A DNA stretch of 64,000 nucleotides, from the IMG/VR virus record IMGVR_UViG_3300046615_000177, positions 42,643 through 106,642 of that record; one strand, 5' to 3'. The position numbers and the translations under genes were made by a program. Under the pieces are notes generated by a model. It was not told the DNA's origin. It did no database searches and was given only the letters and a program-made list of their open reading frames with translations. The DNA is from a virus. Its lineage: Duplodnaviria > Caudoviricetes. Each line of letters begins with the position of its first letter. Positions within the stretch are counted from its first letter, which is position 1. Positions 57,092-64,000 of this stretch are shown here, piece after piece.

Positions 57092-57165
57092 ATCTTAGTA
57101 CAAGTTTATACATGTGTCAACAACTTTGCACAAATTTCCTCAAATTTCGACACCAGCATTCGACA
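57092..57165 (-). promoter_or_regulatory. Sigma-A promoter TTGACA-17-TAAGAT (57092-57120) with a 10-bp repeat/Spo0A-box array
   Basis: ACAAGTTTAT ACATGTGTCA ACAACTTTGC ACAAATTTCC TCAAATTTCG ACA; TTCGACA at 57146 and 57159. Confidence 0.78.
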
Positions 57166-57200
57166 TCATTTGCCCGCCAAAAATCCAGCAACGGCGGGAG

Positions 57201-57455
57201 CTACCGCCCCCAGCGCTGGTTAGGATTCACGATCAGCGTACTTTTAAGCTCCTGCACCCTTACGTCAGAGTACATACGGTCACATTTGACCCTCGTAGGA
57301 AGGAACACGGCAGACTCAAGGACACGCTTCTGAAGCATCTCCTTGGCCTGCTCAACATCATAGCTGTAGCTGTTGGTCTCGTCGATTTCGACAAGTACCT
57401 CGATGGTCAGGGCAACGGTGGCCTTCTTCCCGGTATACTGTAGTGGGTTATCCAT
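57201..57455 (-). CDS. Hypothetical protein
   Basis: RBS AGGGAGG. Confidence 0.6.
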   Translation of the reverse strand: MDNPLQYTGKKATVALTIEVLVEIDETNSYSYDVEQAKEMLQKRVLESAVFLPTRVKCDRMYSDVRVQELKSTLIVNPNQRWGR

Positions 57456-57466
57456 ACTAGGCCTCC

Positions 57467-59485
57467 CTATATCAGTTCGATCAGTTCCTTCAGCGTGAAC
57501 AGTTTGGCGAAAGCTTCGTCTGATTCGTCCACGATAGCGTTGAACACCTCACGCTTCCGCTCCAGTATATCGCGCTTCTTCTCTTCATAGCTGTTGACCG
57601 TCGTCATGGTGATCGCAGTGACCCCTGTGGTGTTCCCGGAGCGATGGCCCCGCGATAGCACCTGCTCCATCTTCTGCGGGTTAAACAGTTCGTCGAAGCA
57701 TATGACGTACCGGGCGTTGTACAAGTCAAGGCCGTAGTTTCCAGCGGTGGTCATCAGCACACATTGCAGGTTGCCCGTTTGTCCCCAAGTATAGTCTTGG
57801 AACCCCTGACGGACCCGTTCGAAGTCTGCTGCCTTAGTCCCGCCTTTGATGTAACCTACTGCGGACTTCGGAAGTATACCCTCCCTATCCAGCCAGTCAT
57901 ACAGAATGTCAGTCATCTCCCGGTACTGTGAGAACAGGATGAACTTATTCGACTGGATGTTGAGGTCAAGCAGGATATCCTTCAGAAGTGTGAGCTTTCC
58001 ACTGTCCTCCGGTAGATCAGGATTCTCAAATAGCTTCCGAAGCAGCGCAGGAGAGTCCACGCACTGCTGCACGCGGGTGATCTGTACGAGGGCTTCAATG
58101 TACGTAAACTCTCCGGTCTGCGCACTCTCGATAATGCCTTGTTTAATATCGCCGTAGAGCTTCTTCTGAAGGGGCGTCATATGAACGTCGTAATTCACAC
58201 GCTCCAGCGGCGGCAAGTCCGGTAGCGCCTCCGCTTTGGTCATGCGTATCATGATCGGTGCAATACGCTCCCGCAGCTCTCCCATCATCTGCGGCTTTGG
58301 CGCAATGGGGTTATTAAAAAAGTCCAGCTCCGCGTAGCGCTCTATGAACTTCGGATAGCTGCCCAACAGTCCCGGACGACAGAAGTCCACAAGGCTCCAT
58401 AGCTCTTGTATGTTGTTCTCCAGCGGAGTTCCTGTGCCCAGCACCTTACGCCCCGCAGGCGCTAGGCTTGTCAACAACGCCTTTGTCGTCTCGGAGGTGG
58501 GGTTCTTGATACGGTGGGCTTCGTCCAAGACTACCATCCACCTGTCGGTTATCGTTGGTATGATCTTCGGAAGATCGAACGTAGCTACAAACTCCGGCTT
58601 CTTCGAACCACGCACAGTGAACCCCTTGCGGCTATTGAACCCTGCGTAGTCCAGCATGTCCCGTGTGGCGTTACGCTTCACCCTTGCATTGGACTCTGCC
58701 TTGTTCAGCCGGAGGGCGTGGGCCTGCCGGAATCCGGCGAATACGTCAACCTCTTCCTCAGTCAGGTACCGGACATGAGTGTGCCCCTGTGACGCTGTGT
58801 CGTATCGGAACAGCTCGTAGTTCATAATCGTCACGTCAACTCCGAACTCGTGCTGCTGGTACTGCACCTCACGCAGGCTCCGCCCATCCAGCTTCTCGAC
58901 GGTGCCATCATCCCATGTCACTGTCTCCGCCTTGTCGCCATCAATAACGACCCATCCCAAAGTGGTGAACTTCTGAACCTCCTTGGCCCAAGTAGCATAC
59001 TTCAGTGGTGAAGGGGATACGATCATGAGCTTGTCGACAACGCCCAGCGACTTAAGCTTCAGGAACCATGCCAGCGATGTGATGGACTTTCCTAGCCCCA
59101 TGTCGAAGGCGAGGATACCTCCTTCGTGCCGTGCGAGGGTCATGAGGAAGTTAGCGCCTACCTGCTGGTACCGCCGCAGGCTACCTTTCAGCCCTTGGAT
59201 GCTTTCCGGTTCGACCGTATGGAAATCCGTAGACTTAGCAGCGATTGCTGCCTGCTGCCTGTTGGTAACGGCTTGGTGGGCCTGCTTGACCCCTTCCGAA
59301 ACAATCAGGGAAGGGAAGATGCGTAGCGCATCCGGCACCGACTCTATGGGCAGCTCCCAGCGCCGTAGCTTCTTCTCCCATTTATGGCCGGGCATTGCCT
59401 TGATCAGGTCTTTGTAAGGGAAGGTGTTTCCGTGGAAGTAGACCATCCGGGGATCGTCGGTAGGCTGCAAGCTGACGGCGCTCAT
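57467..59485 (-). CDS. SNF2-family superfamily 2 helicase
   Basis: LRRYQ, DMGLGKS, LDEAH, TGTPLEN, SGK, LFSQY, GLDL, QVLSRGHR. Confidence 0.9.
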   Translation of the reverse strand: MSAVSLQPTDDPRMVYFHGNTFPYKDLIKAMPGHKWEKKLRRWELPIESVPDALRIFPSLIVSEGVKQAHQAVTNRQQAAIAAKSTDFHTVEPESIQGLKGSLRRYQQVGANFLMTLARHEGGILAFDMGLGKSITSLAWFLKLKSLGVVDKLMIVSPSPLKYATWAKEVQKFTTLGWVVIDGDKAETVTWDDGTVEKLDGRSLREVQYQQHEFGVDVTIMNYELFRYDTASQGHTHVRYLTEEEVDVFAGFRQAHALRLNKAESNARVKRNATRDMLDYAGFNSRKGFTVRGSKKPEFVATFDLPKIIPTITDRWMVVLDEAHRIKNPTSETTKALLTSLAPAGRKVLGTGTPLENNIQELWSLVDFCRPGLLGSYPKFIERYAELDFFNNPIAPKPQMMGELRERIAPIMIRMTKAEALPDLPPLERVNYDVHMTPLQKKLYGDIKQGIIESAQTGEFTYIEALVQITRVQQCVDSPALLRKLFENPDLPEDSGKLTLLKDILLDLNIQSNKFILFSQYREMTDILYDWLDREGILPKSAVGYIKGGTKAADFERVRQGFQDYTWGQTGNLQCVLMTTAGNYGLDLYNARYVICFDELFNPQKMEQVLSRGHRSGNTTGVTAITMTTVNSYEEKKRDILERKREVFNAIVDESDEAFAKLFTLKELIELI

Positions 59486-59922
59486 TCCTGCGCGTCCTTC
59501 TTGGCGTACTCTGGCAAAAGGTGAGCTACAGTAAGCTCGGCAATCTTCCGAAGTCCTTCGTCATCTACCGTGCTCCAATCAATACGCTCGATCTCCTTCA
59601 GCATCGCACGCCGGGCCTTCCATTGGTAGTGCGCATCGGTAAAGGGGTATAGGTAGGCGTAGTATGGTCCGCCAAGCTGCCGTCCCCCGGCAGTAAACAG
59701 CTCACCATCTTCGGTGCGCACCATGCCTTTAGGGGTTATCTTTTTAACTTTAGTCACGTGGGGGTTATGGTCTGATCTGTTTCTTCCTCTGTAGTACACC
59801 TCTACTCCGGGCGTAAGAGAAGCGAACCACGTCACATACGCCTCTTTCACCTCGGCAAACTCCGGGCTTCTCATGCTCGCTGTCGCGTAGGGGTGCTGCG
59901 GGAAATCATTTGGGCTAGTCAT
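59482..59922 (-). CDS. Hypothetical protein
   Basis: Start MTSPN after AAAGGAG. Confidence 0.65.
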   Translation of the reverse strand: MTSPNDFPQHPYATASMRSPEFAEVKEAYVTWFASLTPGVEVYYRGRNRSDHNPHVTKVKKITPKGMVRTEDGELFTAGGRQLGGPYYAYLYPFTDAHYQWKARRAMLKEIERIDWSTVDDEGLRKIAELTVAHLLPEYAKKDAQE

Positions 59923-59946
59923 CACTAATCGACTCCTTTCCCCAGC

Positions 59947-59992
59947 ATAATACCACAAATATGCACAAGTTTCTACAACTTTCGACAAGTTG
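59947..59992 (-). promoter_or_regulatory. Extended -10 sigma-A-like promoter with a 10-bp repeat/Spo0A-box array
   Basis: ACAAATATGC ACAAGTTTCT ACAACTTTCG ACAAGTTGAG; TTCGACA at 59981; TG-N-TATTAT. Confidence 0.65.
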
Positions 59993-60016
59993 AGGCAAAT
60001 AAAAAAGGGTCAGGCG

Positions 60017-60334
60017 TCAGCCTAACCCTCCACTCATTCCTTCGATGTACTGCTGTGTTCCCATAATGTCCGGCCTATTCTGTCCCATCATCTCAACTCT
60101 CCACACGTACGTGCGACTAACTACGTCGAAAGTGGTGCGCTCGTCTATCCTAAAGCCACTATCTGCGCTCTGGTCCTCTACAGGCTCCAGCACGTTTGAG
60201 AGTACATAGCCTGTCGGAATCTCCTGCTGTAGCCTTCCGATGATGTACGGAGGCATCATGTCACTGTCGCTCTGCTTCGCCAAATGGAGCCTCACCCATG
60301 GCGGGGATGTTTCCTGTGGTCCTTCCTGTGTCAT
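60017..60334 (-). CDS. Hypothetical protein
   Basis: Start MTQEG after AAGGGAAG. Confidence 0.5.
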   Translation of the reverse strand: MTQEGPQETSPPWVRLHLAKQSDSDMMPPYIIGRLQQEIPTGYVLSNVLEPVEDQSADSGFRIDERTTFDVVSRTYVWRVEMMGQNRPDIMGTQQYIEGMSGGLG

Positions 60335-60722
60335 AAACGATCTTCCCTTCTGAAGTAAGTGCCGGGGAGCGCCCGACCAGCGTAAGCATCCATTCCAAGA
60401 AGTCCGGGTCTCCTTGCTCCAGCCCGTACTTATTCTGGATGAACAGCATCTCCTGCGTGTACTTATCGCGGTCAACCTGCTCGTCTTGGGACGTCTTCGG
60501 AACCCTTCCGAACAGCCGCATCATGAACTCATTGTACGCAGTGTTAATGCGGTTGTCCATCTTCTTCCTGTCCTCGATCTCCACGTATATCACACCTTCC
60601 GAAGCTCGTCTTATGGTTAAGGTGGTGGATGGTAGTCCCCGAATGGCGATGTGTGCTGTAACAGTATCCTCTGTCAGTCGCATCGTGTGGCTTGATGTCC
60701 CAGTCACAATAATTTCTGGCAT
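60261..60722 (-). CDS. Hypothetical protein
   Basis: TAATG coupling with the upstream gene. Confidence 0.55.
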   Translation of the reverse strand: MPEIIVTGTSSHTMRLTEDTVTAHIAIRGLPSTTLTIRRASEGVIYVEIEDRKKMDNRINTAYNEFMMRLFGRVPKTSQDEQVDRDKYTQEMLFIQNKYGLEQGDPDFLEWMLTLVGRSPALTSEGKIVYDTGRTTGNIPAMGEAPFGEAERQ

Positions 60723-61438
60723 TACACATCCACATCCCATAGTTTATTTGCGCCTCGATTGTAAAAGTCCTTCGTCGAGATGCCGCATCCAATACACTTA
60801 TCACTACCCACGTAGGTGAAGTTCTCAAACACCATCCAGTCTGCGCAGTAGCAGCACCATAGCACTGCTCCCCGGTGCACGTACGCAGGCTTGCTCGTCG
60901 AAGATGGGGCCTCCTGTACAACTTTCCTGCTGTAGGCATCCTTCCGAAGTAAGGGAACAAACAGGTCAACCCGGTGCGTGTTCAGGCGCTGCCACAGCGC
61001 GTGCCGCTCCGCGATGTTCATCTCGCGGAACTGCGCCATGCTTACCTGTTCGGCTTCCGGGATCGGATGACTTCGTCGAGGTTCACCTGCTGTGGCGCTG
61101 CTCCGGGTGGGAACAGTAGCGACCGCAGCTTCCGGCTCCGCTCCAGCTTCTCCTTGGATTGCGTGGTTAACTTCCTGCCTTTGCGCTTCATCCTCTACCT
61201 CCTTCGGAAGTGTAGCTACAGGTGGTGCCGGGCGCTTCGGGGGCGCTGGTCTTGCTGGGCGGGCAGGCACCGAACCTAGCAGATCGGTCGTGGGCCGCGC
61301 CACAATACTACCTGTGGTCGGTGCGGTTAAAGGTGAAGTCATCGGTGGCGCCGGACGTCTCGGCGGTGTAGGTCGAACTACTGTCATAAGTGTTTCCCCC
61401 ATTGAACGAATTTTCGATATGAACGTTGACTTCCGCAT
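60722..61438 (-). CDS. Pro/Arg-rich protein with a C-terminal zinc finger
   Basis: WCCYC...KCIGCGIS..DF; RPAPP repeats; start uncertain. Confidence 0.65.
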   Translation of the reverse strand: MRKSTFISKIRSMGETLMTVVRPTPPRRPAPPMTSPLTAPTTGSIVARPTTDLLGSVPARPARPAPPKRPAPPVATLPKEVEDEAQRQEVNHAIQGEAGAEPEAAVATVPTRSSATAGEPRRSHPIPEAEQVSMAQFREMNIAERHALWQRLNTHRVDLFVPLLRKDAYSRKVVQEAPSSTSKPAYVHRGAVLWCCYCADWMVFENFTYVGSDKCIGCGISTKDFYNRGANKLWDVDV

Positions 61439-61537
61439 TGGTCTCGGAACTGCGACCGCTCCCCAGCATGTCGCGCAGACCCGATATCATCAGCCTCATA
61501 CAAAGGTACGCCGTGAGGCACATTATCATGAACCCGA

Positions 61538-61978
61538 TCACAGCCCTAAAACCTTGCGACGGAACTCGTCAATCGCTTCTCTCGCCATCTTCCGCTGGTT
61601 TCGTGTGCTGGCTGTGCCCTCATATTCTTTGGCGTCTGTCTCCCGTATAGTGTTCGTGGATGGTGCCCATCGCAGTATTTCGGTTCCACGGTACAGGAAA
61701 TGATAATCGCCACGAGTCCCGGGAGGTGTAGGCTCCCCATTGACCTCTGTAATGTTCGCCAACTTCACCTCGATGTTGCCGCGTTCAGCCCGGTACCCGA
61801 TTAGGGTCTCCACCATCATCCGCGCTCTTGACTTCCGAAGCGTGATTCCCTTGGCTTCGTGAGGAAACTTCATGAAGTACTCCCACGCCAGTGCCTGCGC
61901 CTTGGCCTCCCCTACCATGTCTGCTATGTCCTCGCGCTTCGTGCCGTAAACGTTTGAAAATGGTGTATTCTCTTCCAT
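61538..61978 (-). CDS. Hypothetical protein
   Basis: RBS AAGGAG. Confidence 0.65.
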   Translation of the reverse strand: MEENTPFSNVYGTKREDIADMVGEAKAQALAWEYFMKFPHEAKGITLRKSRARMMVETLIGYRAERGNIEVKLANITEVNGEPTPPGTRGDYHFLYRGTEILRWAPSTNTIRETDAKEYEGTASTRNQRKMAREAIDEFRRKVLGL

Positions 61979-62044
61979 CGGTAATCCGCTCCTTGGTCTG
62001 GTTTAAGATAACCCGCACCGTAGTCGGTGCGGGCCTCATTTGGT

Positions 62045-63745
62045 CTACTCTGGCAGCTTAAAGGTGCCAGCATTAAAGTCGATGCTGTATTTCGTAATCT
62101 TACGGGTTAGCGACGTATATGGTATGCCCAGCAGCTCTCCCGCCTTACGGATGCTCCCGGCCTTTGCGTAGGCGTCGATGACGGCCTGCGGGTCGAACTC
62201 GTCGACCGGGACAGGTGCGGGTGGAACTGCCGTTGGCACAGGCTGTGCAGCCGGGAACTGTACGACGTTATCTTTCTTAGCGGCCTTACCAGCTGCTACC
62301 CGCGATTTCCTCCCTGACTCCACCTCTTGGGTAGCAGGAGGCTCCTGCTGGGTGATTACAGCCTTCGTCGACGGCGTCTCAACTAGCGGTGGCGTTTCTG
62401 CCTGCGGCGCTGTAGGCGGTGCCAGTGGCTTCTTCTTGCTGGACCTACTCGCAGACTTCGGAACATCCGGCATTGTGTAGGCAACCCAGTAGCGATGCCC
62501 CCAAGCGTAGGCGTTGTGCCCCTTCTGATACACGCCCTGCTCCAGTACTAAAGGGTGTTCTTCTGGGACGTCGCGGTCGCTCAGCTCCGCAACGAATTTA
62601 TCCTTCAGGGACTTTTTAGGGAACCGGACAAACTCTCCAAACTTCCCAGTCATCTCGTCCATGATCGCGTCCTGCCCCGGCTTCTCCACGTGAGAGAGCT
62701 TAACCTCAATGGTCTTAGCGTTTGGCCGCTGCTTATCCATCAGCACCAGCTTCCCAGAGCGTCCCTCTGATATACATTTCTGGCAGACGAACATGTCCAG
62801 CACATCCAGCCGGGTAGAGTAGATCGTGATCGGATACTTGTTGGTAGCTCTGCACCCACAAGCAAACTTGTGATTATAGCTCTGTGGCTCCGGCATGTTA
62901 GCCGGGTTACCTGTGCAGTTCGGACCATTGGCCGGGATGTTCACAATCGCGGCGTACAGCCGGAACTCGTTATTGTGGGTTTCCTTCGGCCGACGGCGCT
63001 GAAGTTCGGACTCGAATACAATCGCCTTGGATTCCGGGTCGATCTTCGGAATCTTGGTCATCTTCAGCTCTTCATCCTTAGCTCCCCGTTTGGCGTAGGC
63101 TACCTCGTCCTGCCATTGGTGAATCATCTCGTGCCGAAGTGTTTCAAAAATGCGCCCGTCCTCGTTAAGAGCTACAAAGTTTTGGTTGAACTTGATGTGC
63201 TGGTCGACCGCCATCGGGTCGCCTTCGTAGGTGTAGTTTCCCAGCGTCCGATTGTCCATCTTGTCGATGGTGATTACGGGAGTTGATAGTGCACCCTCGA
63301 AGAATGTTTCGTTGTATTCTGCGTGCTTCTCGTACAGCATGGCAATGAATTTATTCTTCCTCGACAGCAGCGTCCGCAGGGCTTCCTTCACCCGCTCCTT
63401 GGAGACTTCGATGATTTCCTGCTCCGCATCCTGACTATCCGGTTCTGCGCCATCCTCTGGCGCCCAATCGTCCGCTTCTCTCAGCCGCTCCGCTTCTGTT
63501 TTTATGAACGCCCTCAGCTCGTCTACCCATGCCTTACCTGCGTTGCGGCGGTCAACTCCGTACGCCTTGTTATACTGGATACCGGAGATAGTAGCCACCT
63601 CGTAGGTGCCCTCTTCGATCTTGTAGCCCAGTTCGAGCGCCTGCTGAAGCACCTCGGCCTGCTTTTGGGTGATAACGGGAGTGTTTAGCTCCGGTGTGAA
63701 CGGCTTCTTAGCGGTGGTACTCGCTTGCGATTTAATTTTAACCAT
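62045..63745 (-). CDS. SprT-like zinc metalloprotease with a C-terminal helix-turn-helix
   Basis: YNETFF.GAL, LG.Y, TLRHEMIHQWQ, H...F; C-terminal GSIRKAGELLGIPYTSLTRKI. Confidence 0.8.
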   Translation of the reverse strand: MVKIKSQASTTAKKPFTPELNTPVITQKQAEVLQQALELGYKIEEGTYEVATISGIQYNKAYGVDRRNAGKAWVDELRAFIKTEAERLREADDWAPEDGAEPDSQDAEQEIIEVSKERVKEALRTLLSRKNKFIAMLYEKHAEYNETFFEGALSTPVITIDKMDNRTLGNYTYEGDPMAVDQHIKFNQNFVALNEDGRIFETLRHEMIHQWQDEVAYAKRGAKDEELKMTKIPKIDPESKAIVFESELQRRRPKETHNNEFRLYAAIVNIPANGPNCTGNPANMPEPQSYNHKFACGCRATNKYPITIYSTRLDVLDMFVCQKCISEGRSGKLVLMDKQRPNAKTIEVKLSHVEKPGQDAIMDEMTGKFGEFVRFPKKSLKDKFVAELSDRDVPEEHPLVLEQGVYQKGHNAYAWGHRYWVAYTMPDVPKSASRSSKKKPLAPPTAPQAETPPLVETPSTKAVITQQEPPATQEVESGRKSRVAAGKAAKKDNVVQFPAAQPVPTAVPPAPVPVDEFDPQAVIDAYAKAGSIRKAGELLGIPYTSLTRKITKYSIDFNAGTFKLPE

Positions 63746-63824
63746 CGGTGTACCCAGCTCCTTCAAGTTTGTTTAGGGCTTCCCCTAGTGGCACTAACAT
63801 TGTACTTCCGAAGAACATGCCAAC

Positions 63825-63860
63825 AGTATACAACTTTACACAAGATTGCACAACAACTTC
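63825..63860 (-). promoter_or_regulatory. Sigma-A-like promoter (TTGTGC-17-TATACT, extended -10) with 10-bp ACAA repeats
   Basis: ACAACTTTAC ACAAGATTGC ACAAC; no perfect Spo0A box at this site. Confidence 0.55.
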
Positions 63861-63904
63861 CAGCATATTACATATATCGACGGTGGGTGCTAAAATTCAA
63901 TAAA

Positions 63905-64000
63905 TTCCGCAACTTTTGCGAATTCCGTACGAGTACGTACTGAATTCTCAGTGGCTCACGAAAATTAGACCCCCCCTCCCTCCCCGCAATTTTTTTTAAA
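63905..64000 (-). repeat. Inverted imperfect copy of the 9480-9575 element
   Basis: 63921-63945 is the exact reverse complement of 9540-9564; the flanking A-tract, G-tract and AAAAGTTG are also conserved. Confidence 0.8.

Larger units (their letters stand above)
273..63813. repeat. Dispersed, highly iterated palindrome CTTC[C/G]GAAG
   Basis: About 84 exact copies by manual count (e.g. 273, 348, 396, 671, 2594, 9063, 14348, 14372, 29181, 41588, 58565, 63805), plus about 25 CTTC[A/T]GAAG. Confidence 0.95.

Noticed and set aside
25331-59992. 10-bp tandem repeats or the dispersed 9-mer as a CRISPR array, with the Cas4-like nuclease at 38975-40522
   Set aside because: There is no repeat-spacer periodicity and no 25-45-bp repeat or other cas gene; solo Cas4-like nucleases are common in phages.
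273-63813. CTTCGG read as the C(UUCG)G RNA tetraloop, explaining the iterated motif
   Set aside because: Both orientations are about equally common although transcription is one-directional, most copies lack a flanking stem, and the trailing AAG is conserved.
600-63943. Numerous plus-strand ORFs in the track (e.g. 870-1811, 38999-40228, 41030-41824, 55829-56614)
   Set aside because: They are antisense shadows of well-supported minus-strand genes and lack RBSs or recognisable motifs.
1-64000. tRNA or rRNA genes
   Set aside because: No cloverleaf with a T-loop GTTCRA and acceptor stem was recognised by eye in the intergenic gaps; a tRNAscan-SE run would settle this.

Overview
A 64-kb segment of a large lytic-type dsDNA tailed phage. 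The host is probably a spore-forming Bacillota (Paenibacillus/Brevibacillus-like; inferred from SigE/SigK-like, SpoVT, Rok-like and YaaL-like genes, Bacillus-type RBSs and sigma-A promoters). Essentially all real genes are on the minus strand. Read from the right-hand end, the window holds: a SprT-like protease; replication genes (SNF2-type helicase, SSB candidate, AEP primase fused to an MCM-like helicase, family A DNA polymerase with a DUF4326 N-terminus); nucleotide metabolism and recombination genes (ThyA, Tmk, RuvC, class II RNR, dUTPase, PD-(D/E)XK nuclease, ATP-dependent ligase); a sporulation-type sigma factor; a TubR/TubZ-like cassette; about 45 small accessory genes; an AT-rich noncoding block; and packaging genes (small and large terminase, PhoH, portal). 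The most unusual features are cis-acting. (1) The 9-bp palindrome CTTC[C/G]GAAG occurs about 84 times by manual count, against about 0.5 expected, mostly inside genes and equally on both strands. (2) 10-bp-phased arrays, most containing perfect Spo0A boxes, overlap seven sigma-A-type promoters. (3) A separate 29-bp promoter class occurs five times. (4) A ~95-bp element occurs twice in inverted orientation 54 kb apart and shares an operator with a wHTH gene. (5) There is a ~210-nt structured ncRNA candidate. Counts and coordinates were read by eye, and all protein calls come from motif recognition, not database searches.
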